NCBI RefSeq assembly: GCF_009914755.1
Contig: NC_060929.1
DNA length: 64,000 bases
Reading direction: 5' to 3' (one strand)
From: the human T2T-CHM13v2.0 reference genome, Homo sapiens
Notes under the pieces: generated by a model
Database searches by the model: none
Told to the model about the DNA's origin: nothing
What the model saw: only the letters and a program-made list of their open reading frames with translations
Made by a program: the position numbers and the translations under genes
In this document: one piece after another, positions 47,431 to 62,213 of the stretch
How the letters are laid out: every line of letters starts with the position of its first letter
Numbering within the stretch: position 1 is the first letter of the stretch

Positions 47431-48224
47431 ATACAGAAACAATATATCAATTGTCTTGAGAGGTCTATTTGCACTGTTAAATGAGAAATAAAATTTCCAA
47501 GTAATATATTTAATGTGATTCATTTTTATGAAAACACCATCAACAAAGCATGTACATTTTTTGATGTACTTTTGCATAAAGTTGCATGAAAAAGCAGAAA
47601 GTTGTGGAATAATAGCTATGTTTGATGCCAATAACATTGATTAGGATGGGAAAGCAGTGGAATGGGAGAAAAAAACCTCTCTCTTCATGCATCATTGCTT
47701 CATTTTTCACTATTAATAGTGAGTATATATTACTTTCCTAATTTTAAAAAATGACATTTAAACAATAAATTAAAGAAAAAAGTGTAAATGAGCCTACACT
47801 TTAACTCCATGTAGATCAAACAGACCCCAAGCTAATTGGACATCAATAGATAAAAGGTTCTTTCTTTCCCCAAGCCTTAACTGGCCTCAAGATCTAGCTA
47901 GTGATGGTCCTGGAACAACTCTTCATTAAGCAAACTATTTAAATAGGTAGATAAGTCAGAGGAAGGATTCTTGGATTTCGCATGAAGAAGCTAATAATGC
48001 AATTTCCCTGTATCATTCTCTCGAAACCACCTGCCAGTTAAAGACCCGTCCATTGGACCTTCTGAATAGATTACAGTCACTGTAAGCAAACTATATAAAT
48101 GTCAACATCTCTAAAACGACTTTATGGTAGTTTAGTAATTGTGAAAATTTTGTGTATTGTTACTTTATATCAGTCCTTCTTATCATGTTTTAGTTTTAAA
48201 TTTCAAATCATGTAAAAAAAAGAT

Positions 48225-48584
48225 GATGAGTTCATGTCCTTCGTAGGGACATGGATGAAACTGGAAACCATCATTCTCAGTAAACTATCGCAAGAACAAA
48301 AAACCAAACACCGCATATTCTCACTCATAGGTGGGAATTGAACAATGAGATCACATGGACACAGGAAGGGGAATATCACACTCTGGGGACTGTGGTGGGG
48401 TGGGGGGAGGGGGGAGGGATAGCATTGGGAGATATACCTAATGCTAGATGACGAGTTAGTGGGTGCAGCGCACCAGCATGGCACATGTATACATATGTAA
48501 CTAACCTGCACAATGTGCACATGTACCCTAAAACTTAAAGTATAATAAAAAAAAAAAAAAAGAAAACCTGGGGCCAGAAAAAAA
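48225..48584 (+). mobile_element. Young 5'-truncated L1 (L1PA2-like) with double poly-A
   Basis: Near-consensus 3' end with CpGs retained; GAG (not ACA/ACG) at 48453-48455; TSD aaaaaaaagat at 48214-48224 and 48585-48595. Confidence 0.93.
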
Positions 48585-49059
48585 AAAAAAAAGATTTCTT
48601 GTTTAAAACCTTAACCATTTATTGAAATACAATTTTTAAAGGTCAAATTAAGTTATTGAATTATCACTTTTTTACCTAAGAATTTTCTTTCGAGGACAAA
48701 ATCTTTCAATACTATCACTTGATATTGATCCTATCTATATTTTAAGTTTGTTAGAAAATACATTTATTTAAAAATGTCCACCAAGTCAATAATTATGTGA
48801 CTGTTGAATCCAAAAGTTTCATCCCAGGAAGTCACACAAGCTAATAACATGGGCCAGAATAATCACCGAGATTAGGTAAATTTAACTCACTATGTTGACT
48901 TCTTCCTTTTAATTGCTTACCTCTTGAATGTAGTCAATAGTTTGATGAGCTCTGATTATGAAGAACTGAGCTAAAAATATTTTGAATTAATAATCATCTG
49001 CAAAGTGATATTAAAGATTGTAAAACTTTTGTCCCCTGCCCCCTTTCTCATTCTTTTTT

Positions 49060-49349
49060 TTTCTTTTTCTTTTTCTTTTGTTTAAGACAGAGTTTCGCTC
49101 TGTTGCCCAGTGGCGCGATCTCGGCTCACTCAGCCTCCTCCTCCCAGGTTCAAGCAATTCTCCTGCCTCAGCCTCCTGAGTGGCTGGGACTCAAGTGCAC
49201 ACTGGCACACCTGGCTAATTTTTGTATTTTCAGTAGAGACAAGGTTTCACCATGTTGGCCAGGATGGTCTCTATCTCCTGAGCTCATGATCCACCCGCCT
49301 CGGCCTCCCAAAGTACTGGGATTACACGCGTGAGTCACCGTGCTCAGCC
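49060..49349 (-). mobile_element. Alu (AluS) with small internal deletions
   Basis: TSD tctcattctttttt at 49046-49059 and 49350-49363. Confidence 0.93.
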
Positions 49350-51169
49350 TCTCATTCTTTTTTCATGAGACAACTTTAGGGTTACGACTGAGGTGAATCT
49401 CTAATTACTAGTGCCCAGGTGATTTGATCTGTGCATTTTACTAGAAAATTAACAGGAACATTTACTTGCCCTTAATAAAAATCTATATTCCACTAAAAGA
49501 AACTCATGTTTAAAATTTCCCTAAGCCTGAAAGAAATACTTCCATAACCTAATATGTCAAGGTGGTCTAAATGAGGATTTTCCAAGACAATCACATAAAA
49601 AGAAGCTTTTGCCACTAGACTTAAATAGATTGGATTTATATAATTTAATAAATTGACAAAGTCCACTGTAATTCTTTAGAAGTGAATCTCTTCTCATCTT
49701 CCAAGTTCATTGGCTTCATTACTGTTGCAAATAATTTCTAAACCAGGATTACATCTGCACCTCTCCAGAGAGCTGCTCAGAGTCCTGAGAAAAATCCTAC
49801 TAATTTTGGGACATGCTTTAGTTCTCATCAGATACCAACAAAGAAAACTCTTTCTGCCTTAGCTATAAAATATTTGCTCTGCATTAATATATTTTGCTAG
49901 TATATATATATAATCTTTTCCTTCAAGCAAATATTTGAGAACCTACTATGTTCCAGTTCTTGGCAAGCACTTCAAGCATGTAAGGAAAATAAACACAAAG
50001 ATTTGACATAAGTACTAGCTTACAGTACAGTAAGGGTCTTTTCCTAAAAGAGTTCCTAAATGTATTTTTACTAACTCAGTAACTACTTAATTAGATGTTT
50101 AACTGAACACACGTGCTATTTCCTACCCTTTCAGTAACTAATTAATGCATTTTCCTATTTTGCTTTAAAAGTTGCACCAGCCTCCACACTGTTTCTTTGC
50201 ATCTTTCCCTTCATCGAGGCCCAGTGGTCACTAGCATTCAACCGAGGAGCAGATAGTAATGTACCTTCCAAAATTATTTGACTTTATTTCCATACTACTC
50301 TCTCTTTTATGAAAGAATATCCTGAGATGCTCAGATTAGGGAGAATATTTTTATTTAAATATTAGGAGTTTGTGCTTGCATAATTTAAATCACAATATCT
50401 TCCTCTGCAAGGACTTATATGTTATGCTGAGAGATTATCGGTTTTATCTGTGGTGTTAATGGAAATTCAAATTGTTAAATTAGATACAGATATCATATTC
50501 ATGGTTTGCATTATTGAGGAAAAAAGCAGACAGTTGAATAGATTTGGAAATTGTGCATGTTCAAGGTAATGAGTATAGTAAATGTGAAAAAAAAATGTAG
50601 TTTTAAAAAAATGTAGTTGTAGGGAAAAAGTCTATCCAATATAAACTCTCAACCATAGCTGTAAGATTTTTTTTTTCAGTAAATTCTATTCTGTTCTTTA
50701 TCCCAGAAAAAAAATTTTCAGTTGATGGGAAACAAAGTCCAATATTAAAGAATTCATGTTACTGAAATTCCCACCAGTTAATAATGTCCCTTGAGAGCCA
50801 TAGCCAGACTTTATAGGAGAGAAGATGTATACCCTTCTGCAGAGTTCCCCCTGTTAACCAGGCAAATCACAGAACGTATGGCTGAAAGAGCTGCAGTTCA
50901 CCAGTCCCCTTCCACCATCAGATACTAGATTTCCCACATTTGCAGTAGATGATGATCCATAAGATACTTCTATGTATTTGCAACAACAACATTTGAAAAG
51001 TATGATGCCATCAGTAGGTGTTTCCCTGGAAAATTTCTTTAACCACAAAGTACCTTAAACTCCACACTAGAATTCTTAGAATGGAGATTCATTGAACCCA
51101 CACTGTGGTTTCCTATTAGAACTACATCAAAGAGAATATGAACTACCATCTCCAGCTAATTGTTAGAAA

Positions 51170-51345
51170 TGAAGATGCTGAAGTTAAAATGCCTGGGTTT
51201 AATTCCCAGATGTGTAATCTTGCACATAGTACTTAGTCTCTGTCATTCTTCTTCACATGTAAAATGGAGATGAAACTGTTGCTCACCTCAAAGGCTTATT
51301 GTGAAGATGAAATAAAGTGCTTAGTACAATGCCTAGTACCTAGTT
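51170..51345 (+). mobile_element. MIR
   Basis: gcctgggtttaattccc...tgtaaaatggagat...ttgtgaagatgaaat..aagtgcttagtacaatgcct. Confidence 0.7.
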
Positions 51346-52074
51346 CCCCCCCTACAAATTCCTCATTTAGCAAACATATATGTGTGCTACTATTTGGTCA
51401 TTTTCAATGTTTTTACACTCCATCACTTTTCTAAATATACTTTAAGGGGTTTATTGGTTTTATTGGCATTTCCAAAGAACTAGATTCATACTGGTTTTCT
51501 GAAGAGTTTTTTGTTATTTTCTGCTTTCCTTTTTATACATTTTATAAAATTGAGATACATCTTTTTCTTGATATTCTGTTTTCTTTGGTTATTTTTCTTT
51601 ATCTAGGTTTTTTTATTTTAGCCTTCTTTCCTAAATGTGGGCATTAGGACACTGCTTATAGCTTGTACTATAAACAATAGGCTTGAGCATGTTTTCTAGA
51701 GTTTTCAGTGTTCATGTTAATTTTCTCTTTGATTCAAGAATAAACTGGGAGTGAATTTCTTAATTTTCATGAAATTCAAATTCCTTTGTGTCATCCCTTG
51801 GTTTTTAGATTACTGTATTTTGTTTGAGAATACCTTTTAGTTTACCGTCATCTCTATTAAAAAAGATTTTTGTCTTGACAGTTAAAAATGTACTACCATC
51901 TAAGAAAATTTCTTTAAATTAGTAATTCTGATACACCCTTAATAATTTCCAAGAAGATTTCTGCAGGTCATGTAGCCTTGATGTTGAGAAACATAGAATA
52001 ATTAATAAAATCAAAAGAAAGTCAATGTTTGAATGTCTAGGCATTCTGTTTCCTTATTATAAATTTTAAGTATC

Positions 52075-52352
52075 GGCCGGGCATGGTGGCTCACACCTGT
52101 AATCCCAGCACTTTGGGAGGCTGAGGCGGGCGGATCACGAGGTCAGGAGATCGAGATCATCCTGGCTAACATGGTGAAACCCCGTCTCTACTAAAAATAC
52201 AAAAAATTAGCCGGGCGTGGTGGCAGGCACCTGTAGTCCCAGCTATTCAGCACGCTGAGGCAGGAGAGGCGGAGGTTGCAGTGAGCCAAGATCACGCCAC
52301 TGCACTCCAGCCTGGGCAACAGAGCGAGACTCCGTCTCAAAAAAAAAAAAAA
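52075..52352 (+). mobile_element. Alu (AluY/Sc-like) with a right-arm deletion
   Basis: ggccgggcatggtggctc...gatcacgaggtcaggagatcgag; TSD ttaagtatc at 52066-52074 and 52353-52361. Confidence 0.95.
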
Positions 52353-52954
52353 TTAAGTATCTAGTAAGAATCAAGAATAAGGCATGGGAAGAATTTTAAG
52401 TATTTCTACTTGGTTATACATTTACTCCACTCAGTTTTAATAATCTCTTTATAATATTAGTCAGTCCAGGAAGTTTTCTGGAAGTAAGGTAACAGGAACT
52501 TGAGCATCAAAACAGAATGGTGGGTATGAAGTGGGCCCAGCAGACTGGGTTCAGGAAAGACACAGACTGTCAAGTTCAAGCCCATGTTTAAATATACATA
52601 TAAATAAATAGACCATCCAAAATATATGTAACGAGCATCAGATAAGAAAAATTTACTATTATGATACTTCTGCCCCAAGAAGAAAAAACAAACAAGCAAA
52701 CAAAACATGCAAGAACAAATGGCTTAACTTCCAAGACATGGCCAAAAACAGAGACACAGATCTTCATATAAGTTCTAGAAGTTTATCATCTCAGTCCCCA
52801 AAAACAAGACATTTATCCTGAATCCAGAGTTCTCACTATTTTATGCAGGGTTATGGAAAGAAAAACTATTCACATAACTTTGAGCAAGTGGTTCTCATTG
52901 AGTTTCAGTTTCCACATCTGATAAACAGCTGTGGGGTGGTAAAGGGCCTGACTA

Positions 52955-53367
<413 letters not shown>

Positions 53368-54363
53368 AAACATATGAAAAAAGTCCAATCAGAAATAGCA
53401 GGGCTATAAGATAACTTATTAAAATGGTTTTGATTGAATACACAGCACCCTAAACTATAACTTGGTAAGACTAGTTTTGAAGTTATCTTTTCATTGATAA
53501 TAACCTGTCTTCAGGTATAAAGATTAATCATGTCAGAAGTTATTTTGTGATGTAAAAATTTAATTTAACCACCTAAAACTGTAAGAAGGAAGTAAACTTC
53601 TGAGTACCAAAAATGGGCCAAGAAATACACGTTAGGTGTTTTCCATGTTTTATAAGTAGAAATGATGAACATAAAATTGTAAACTATCAGCCTCTAGCTG
53701 ATATGGGTTGGTTCCCTGCCCATACCCCTTGGGTGTTGTGACTTTAGTTTGTTCCTGCACAAATATTATACCAACTGGCAATATCTGCATCTCTTTACCT
53801 GAAAGTCTGGGAAGCCATGGAAGGCTGCTTTGCCTGCACAGAGCAGGCAGATGGCTAGCTTATCCACTCTGCAGGCAAAGTGTGTGTTTTACACTATTAA
53901 CTTAAAAAAAAATCACAAGATATGAATTTATAAAAGGAAAGAGGAGATTGTATTTCTTTTAAAGAGTTACAGTCTGCAAGGTGGCCATCCCACAGGATGG
54001 GAAGCGTGCCTCATGCCAAGAACAGAAACAGGCACTTCAAAGGAGGAGTTGGAGTGGGATCTCTATGCTCAAGAAATTGGCTAAATACACATATTCAAGT
54101 GACAGGAGGGGCTTTGAATACAAAGGTACTCCTGACACATGCATATTGAACAAACATGCATATAACATACAACCTATGTTCACTTTGGGGTAGAGACTTA
54201 ACATTTAAATGTATTACAATTAGATACTATAAATCAAAAAATCTTTTCGGGACATGAAGGCACACAAGTGCACAATCTCTGTAAACCAGCCAGGACCAGC
54301 CCGTGGTCAGTGGCCTTCTTATCTGAAGAAAGTTACTAACATCAGTCTCTAATCCAAGATAAG

Positions 54364-54480
54364 AGTAGTCCCCTCTTATATTCAGAGGGTATGTTCCAAG
54401 ACCTCCACTGAATGCCTGAAACTGAGGATAATTTACTGAGCTGGATTGACCTTACTTGGAACAAGTTCCTGCTTGTGCTT
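54364..54480. mobile_element. MER44/Tigger7-type terminal fragment
   Basis: agtagtcccctcttat..tatgttccaagacctccactgaatgcctgaaact. Confidence 0.65.
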
Positions 54481-57398
54481 TTTTGGTGTATTTTTCAACT
54501 TTTATTGTGGATACAAGGGGTACTTGTGCATGTTTGTTCCCTGGGTACTTTGCATAATGCTAAGGTTTAGGTTATGAATGATTCTGTCACCCAGATTCAG
54601 AGCATAGTACCCAAAAGTTAGTTTCAATCCATGCCCCCCACCCACAGTAGTCCCCATTTCTATTGTTGTCATCTTTATGTTTCTGAATACTCAGTGTTTA
54701 GTTCTCATTTACAAGTGAGAACCCATGGTATTTGTTTTCTCCTCCTGTGTTAATTAGCTTAGGATAATGGCCTCCAGCTACATCCATGTTGCTGCAAAAA
54801 GTGGGATTACGTTCTTTTTTACAGCTGTGTGATATTCCATGGAATATATGTAACACATTTTCTTTATCCAATCCACCATTGACAGGTACCTAGGTTGATT
54901 TCATGTCTTTGCTATTGTGAATAGTGCTGCAATGAACATGCAGGTGTATGTGTCCTTTTGGAAGAAAGATTTGTTTTCTTTTGGACATATACCCAGAAAT
55001 GGCATTACTGGTTTGAATGGTGTTCTGAGTTCTTTGAGAAATCTCCAAACTTCTTTCCCCAGTAGCTAAACCAATTTACGTTCCCACCAACAATGTATAA
55101 GCATTCCCTTCTCTCTACAGCCTTGCCAGTATCTGTTATTTTTTGACTTTTAATAATAGCCATTCTGACTGATTTGAGATGGTATCTTATTGTGGTTTTG
55201 ATTTGCATTTCTCCTATCATTAGTGATGAGGAGCATTTTTTTCCTATTTTTGTTGGCTGCTTTTATGTCTTCTTTTGAGAAGTGTCTGTTCTGTACTTTG
55301 CATAGTTTTTAATGAGATATTTGTTGTTTGCTTGTTGATTTGTTTAAGTTCCTTATAGATTCTGGATATTAGACCTTTGGTGGATGTATAGTTTGTGAAT
55401 ATTCTCTCCCATTCTGTAGGTTGTCTGTTTACTCTGTTGATAGTTTTTTTTGTTTTTTTTTTTGTTTTTTTTTTGTTTTTTTCTGGGCAGAAGCTCTTTA
55501 GTTTAATTAGGTCCCATTTGTCAATTTTTGTTTTGGTTGCAATTGCTTTTAGAGACTTAGTCATAAATTTTTTCCCAAGGCCAATGTCCAGAATAATTTT
55601 CCTAGATTTTATTCTAAGATTTTTATAGTTTGAGGTCTTACAGTTAAGGCTTTAATCCATCTTGAGTTAACTTTTGTATATAGTGAAAGGTTGGGGGTCC
55701 AGTTTCATTCTTCTACATATGGTTAGACAGCTATTACAGCACCATTTATTGAATAGGGAGTTCTTTCTTCATTGCTTATTTTTGTCAACTTTGTCAAAGA
55801 TTAGATGGTTGTAGGTGTACAGTCTTATTTCTTGGTTCTCTATTCGGTTTCATTGGTCTATGTGTCTGTTTTTATGCTAGTATCATGCTGTTTTGGTTAC
55901 TGTAACCTTATAGTACAGTTTGAAGCCAGGTAACCTGATGCCTCCAGCTTAGATCCTTTAGCTTAGGATTGGTTTGGCTATTTGGGTCCATTTTTTGTTC
56001 CATATGAATTTTAAAATAGTTTTTTCTAATTCTGTAGCAAATAATCTTGGTAGTTTGAAAGGAGTAGCACTGAATCTGTAGATTGCTCTGAGCAATGTGG
56101 TCACTTTAACCATGTTAATTCCTCTAATCCATGAGCATGGAATGTTTTTTCATTTGTTTGTGTCATCTCTGACTTCTTATTGCAATGTCTTGTAGTTCTC
56201 CTTGCAGAGATCTTTCACCTCCTTGGTTAGATGTATTCCTAGGTATGTTTTTGTGTGTGTGTGTGGTTATTGTAAATGGAACTGTGATCTTGATTTGGCT
56301 CTAAGCTTTAACATTATTGGTGTATAGAAACGCTACTCACTTTTATACATTGAGTTTGTATCCTGAAACTTTACAGAAGTTGTTTATCCATTCCAGGAGG
56401 CTTTTGATGGAGTCTTTAAGGTTTTCTAGGTGTAGGATCATATAATTTATTAAGAGAGATAGTTTGACTTGTATTTTTCCTATTTGGATGCCTTTTATTT
56501 CTTTCTTTTGCATGATTGATCTGGCTAACACTTCCAGTGTTGAATGGGTATCCTTGTCTTGTTCCAGTTCTCAAGGGGAATGCTTCCGGTTTTTGCCCAT
56601 TGAATATAATATTGGTCGTGGTTTTGTCATAAATGACTTTTATTATTTCGAGTTATTCTTTTTTATGTATTTTGTTGGGGATTTTTGCATCTATGCTCAT
56701 CAGGGACATTGGCCAATGGTTTTCCTTTTTCATTGTGTGTTTGCCAGGTTTTGCCATCAGGGTGATGCTTCATAGAATGAGTTAGTGAGGAGGTCCTTCT
56801 CAGTTTTTTGGAATAGTTTCAGTAGGACTGATGCCAGTGATTTGTTGTATGCCTGGTAGAGTTCGGCTGTGAATCCATCTGGTCCAGGACTTTTTTGATT
56901 GGCAAATTTTTTATTACTGATTCAATTTTGGAACTCATTCAGTATTTCAATTTTTTCCTGATTCATTCTTGAGAGATGGTATATTTTCAGGAATTTATTA
57001 ATTTCCTCTAGATTTTGTAATTTGTGTGCATAGAGGTGTTCACAATAGTCCCTGAGGATCTTTTGCATTTCTGTCAGATTGGTTGTAATGTCACCTTTCT
57101 CATTTCTGATTGTGCTTATTTGGATATTCTCTCTTTTTTTTCTTTGTTAATATAGCTAGCTAGCTATCAATCTTATTTATCCTTTCAAATAACCAACTTT
57201 TGGTTTTACTGATTTTTATATGGATATGAGTGTTTCAATTTCATTCAGATCTGCTCTGATTTTAGTTATTTCTTCTGCTAGCTTTCAGATTAGTTTGTTC
57301 CTGTTTTCCTAGTTCTTCTCAGTGTGATGTCAGATCATTAATTTAAGATATTTCTAGAACTTTAAGGTAGGCATTTAGTACTATACATTTTTCTTCTA

Positions 57399-58058
57399 AA
57401 AGGGAATGCTTATACACTGTTGGTGGGAGTGTAAATTACTTCAATCATTGTGGAAAGCAGTATGGTGATTCCTCAGAGAGCTAAAAGCAGAACTAACCAT
57501 TTGACCCAGCAATCCCATTACTGGATATATACTGAAATGAATATAAATCATTCTACCACAAAGACACATGCACATGTGTGTTCTTTGCAGCACTATTCAC
57601 AATAGCAAAGACATGGAATCAACCTAAATGCCCATCAGTGACAGACTGGATAAAGAAAATGTAGTACATATATACCATGGAATACTATGCAGCCATAAAA
57701 GAAAATATTATGTCTTTTGCAAGAACATGGATAGAGCTAAGGGCCATTATCCTTAGCAAACTAATGCAATAACAGAAAACCAAATACGCACATGTTCTCA
57801 CTTATAAGTAGGAGTTAAATGATGAGAATTCATGGACACAGAGAAACAACACACGCTACAGACTACTTGAGGGCGGAAGGTGGGAGGAGGAAGAGCATCA
57901 GAAAAAATATTATTGGGTATTAGGCTTCATACCTGGGTGACAAAACAATCTGTACAACAAGCCCCTGTGATTAAAGTTTACCTACATAACAAACCTGCAC
58001 ATGTACCCCTGAATGTACAATAAAAGCTTAAAAACTAAACAAAACAAAACAAAAAAAA
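57399..58058 (+). mobile_element. L1PA (about PA11-15) 3' end inserted antisense into the L1PA15/16-like element
   Basis: gggaatgcttatacactgttggtgggagtgtaaa...acaaacctgcacatgtacccctgaa plus (CAAAA)n tail; degenerate TSD ttttcttctaa / ttttctcctaa. Confidence 0.88.
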
Positions 58059-60001
58059 CCCTTTTCTCCTAACACTGCTTTTGCTGTATCTCATAAATTT
58101 TGGTATGTTGTATCTCTGTTTTCATTTACTTTAAATAATTTTTTTATTTCTGTCTTAATTTCATTGTTTACCAAAAGTCACTCAGGAGCAAATTGTTTAG
58201 TTTCCATGTAATTGTATAGTTTTGAGAGATCTTCTTGATATTAATTTCTATTTGTATTCCATTCTGGTCCAACAGTATGGTTAGTATGATTTCATTTGTT
58301 TTTTAATTTGCTGAGATTTGCTTTATGGCTTAGCATGTGGTCGATCTTGTATTACCTTCCATTTGCGGATGAGAAGGATGTATATTCTGTGGCTGATGAG
58401 TAGAGTATTCTGTAGATGTCTTGGTTCCAATTGATCAAGTGTTAAGTTTATGTTGCATTTATGTCCAGGATTTCTGAGTTTAAATCCAGGATTTCTTTTT
58501 TAGTCATCTGCCTTGATGATCTGTCTAGCGCTGTCAATGGAGTGTTAAAGTCCAAAACTATTATTGTGTGACTAAGTCTTTTCATGGGTCTAGAAGTAGT
58601 TGCTTTATGAATCTGGGTGCTCCAATGTTGGTTAAATACATATTTAGGACAGTTATGTTTTCTTGTTGAATAGAAACAATTATAATATAATGCCTTTCTT
58701 TGTCCTTTTTTACTATTGTTGCATTCAAGACTGTTTTATCTGATATAATAGCAACCCTCTTTTTTCTTTTCCATTTGCATGATAGATCTTTCTCAAACCC
58801 TTTATTTTGAGCCGATGAGTGTCATTACATGTGAAACTGGTCTCTTGAAACAGACAGATGGATCTTGTTTTTTAATAGTACTTACCATTCTGTGCATTTA
58901 AATTAGGCATTTAGACCATTTATATTTAAGGTTAATATTGATATGTCAAGTTTTAATCTTATTGTGAGGTTGTTAGCTGGTTGCTTTGTAGTTTCTATCA
59001 CGTGGTTGCTTTACAGGATCTTCAGGCTATGTATTTAAGTGTGTTTTTATGGTAACAAGCACTGTTTTTTCATTTCCATGTTTAGAACTCCCTTAAGGAG
59101 CTCTTATAAGGCTGGCCTGGTAGTATCAGGTTCACTCAGAGCTTGCTTCTCTGGAAAAGCTTTCATTTCCCCTTTGCTTATGAGGCTTAGTTTGCCAGGA
59201 TATGAAATTCTTGATTGGAATTTATTTTCTTTAAGAATGCTGAAAATAGGTCCCTAAGCTCTCCTGGCTTCTAAGGGTTTCTGCTGAGAAGTCCTCTGTT
59301 TACCTGAAGTGGTTCCCTTTGTACATGATTAGACCTTATCCTATAGCTGCCTTTATGATATTTTCTTTAGCTCTGACCTTGGACATTCTGGTGACTATAT
59401 GCCTTTGGTGATGTTCATTTTGTATAGTATCTCACAGATGTTCTCTGAATTTTTTGTATCTGGATATCTACCTCTTTAGCAAGATTAAGAGAGTTTTCTT
59501 GAATTATTCCCTCAAATATGTTTTCCAGGTTCTTTTCTTTTTCTCCTCTGTCAGGAATGTCTATAATTCATCACCTTACATAATGTTATATTTCTCAAAG
59601 ACTGTGCTTATTTTTTTTTTAATTTTTGTCTAACTGGGTTAATTCAAAAGACTGGTGTTCAAGCTCTGAAATCCTTTCTTCCATTTGGCCCACTCTATTG
59701 ATAAAGGTTTTCATTGTATTTTGAATTCCTTAAGTGAGTTTTTCAATTCCAGAAGCTCTGACTGATTTCTTTTTAAGATATTTATCTCTTCCTTCATTTC
59801 CTGGATTTCTTTAGAAGTTTCTGTGTATTGATTTTTTAGCCTTGTCTTGGATCTCATTGAGCTTCCTTGCAATCCATATTTTGAATTTTGCATTCTTTAT
59901 CTGTCATTTCTGAGTTTCTATTTCGGTGAGGGATCACTGCTGGAAAGCTAATGTGATCCCTTGATGGTATCAATAAATACAGATTTTTCATGGTGCTATA
60001 A

Positions 60002-60279
<278 letters not shown>

Positions 60280-62140
60280 GGTGCTATAATTCTTGAGCTG
60301 TTTTTTTGTCTCATCTGGAGATGCTGGCATTTCTAATTTTTGTCTTTATTTTCATGCAGGTAGAATTTTTTTCTTTTTCTTTCTTTTCCTGTATTATTAT
60401 TTATTTATTTATTTTTCCTTTTCCCATCTTCCTGTGGGGGGGTATGACTGTAGAGAATGCTAAGTAGGGTTTTTTGGTTTTGTTTCTATAGCCCTACACA
60501 CTACTTTGGGCAGACTTTACACTGGGCTGTTCATTTCTACCTACAAGCCAATAGTTGGTGCTTACAGGTAAGAGCTGGCTACAGCCAATGTGCCTGGATG
60601 TATACTGATCCTTGTTTACTGGCCAAAGCTCTCTGTTGCCTCAGGCAATGGGCTGATTTATGAAGGTACAGTGGTCTGAGCTCCCTGATCATGAAGGACA
60701 CAGTCAGACCAGGTAGGTCCACCTACAGATCCTTCAATGGCAGGCACAAGCACCAGCCTTAGGGAGAATTCAGTGGGCAGCCACCAAAAACCTAGATGTG
60801 GGCCTAGGCCAGGAGCTGGGAAACCTCCTCAACCCCAAATTCTCTGCAGGGGGTTAAAGAGCAGCCTAAACTCCCAATCCAGGAGAGTGAGTGCTCCAGA
60901 TGCCTCGAGATCTGCCTGGGTATGCAGCAGTTAAGGCCCCCTGCACTAGGATCTATGTCCAGGAAGGGTGGGGAAGTGCAGACTGCTGAACCAAATGAGT
61001 GGGTAGAGTATTTTTTATTCTTTGACTGAAGGGGTGCATGACTTAACCCTTGCCTAGCACAGCCTTAGGTCTTGTTTATAATTTGGTATTTTATTGCCAC
61101 AAGAGCCGGTTCTGTCAGTCTTATGATCTCTACTTTACCATTAATGCCAATCACTTGTGTCTAAATGATAAAAGAGAGGGGGTATAACAAAGCATGTCTG
61201 ACCTCCCATCCCATCATGGCTGGGAACTCTGCTTTAAGGTTTCTCTGGGGTCCCCTTGGCCACAAAAGGGGGTCCATTCAGTCACTGGCGGCTTAGAATT
61301 TTATTTTAACCTTACAACACTATTTCCCAGAATTCTCCAGAGGTACTAAGGTTTAGTCACTGACAGCAGAAGCTACCTTTATAGTCCTCCCAACATCGGC
61401 TACCCCCATTTCCATGACTCTCTTCCCCTCCTCCCTACCCACGTTTCCTGCACCTGCCAAATAAACTACTTGTACTCAAATCCTTGTCTTGTCTCAGGAT
61501 CTGCTTCTGGAGGGAGAGATCCAGACAAAGACTACCAGAAAAAGACTGATCTATTGTGAAAGCATATCTTCCAATTAAATTATGATTTTACCTTTACTAC
61601 CCCACTTATATACACACTCACATTCTTTGCTCAAAATAAGAAACAACCTTGGCAAGAATCTTGTATCTACAATCCAGAAAGTGATAACCACTTAAAAAAA
61701 AATAAATAAGTAAACAAATAAATAAACACGGATGTGAGATTGAATGCCCACCCTGGCAGCAAAGAACACGGCAGATACTTTTTCCACAAATGATGACATT
61801 AAGGCTTGCGGGAAGGGAGCCAGTCCTTTAATTACCATTTTCCCTACTTTTAGGAGAATCTTGAAGATAAAGACTTGAATAAGTATGCTTTAGCAAGATA
61901 GGTGTGATTAAGGGTACATTCTGCTCAGCACTAATTCTGAGTCTGAAAGCAAAATTTTGGCAGAGACACACCATGTGTACTGTCTTTCAGGAGTTTAGAA
62001 ATAATGAAAAGAGGTATGTTGGAGATTCTCTAAAAGAAGAAAAAGAAAACTGCAATTATCCCAATTATACTTGTAGCATAAAGTTCAAATCAAAGGCAAA
62101 CTTCAAATTTTAGAGTAATTAAAGAGGTAATTGCAGTTAA

Positions 62141-62213
62141 AATATTTTGGTTCATATATGTGGAAGTAAAAATTGCTTTATAATATTTTGGTTCATATAT
62201 GTGGAAGTAAAAA
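62141..62213. repeat. Local tandem duplication: two identical 32-mers, period 41
   Basis: aatattttggttcatatatgtggaagtaaaaa at 62141-62172 and 62182-62213. Confidence 0.95.

Noticed and set aside
48851-48859. gggccagaa as a local donor of the L1 inter-poly-A tag
   Set aside because: Only a 9-nt match, which is not distinguishable from chance.
62141-62213. CRISPR-like repeat-spacer-repeat
   Set aside because: Only two copies with a 9-nt spacer, in mammalian context, with no cas genes.
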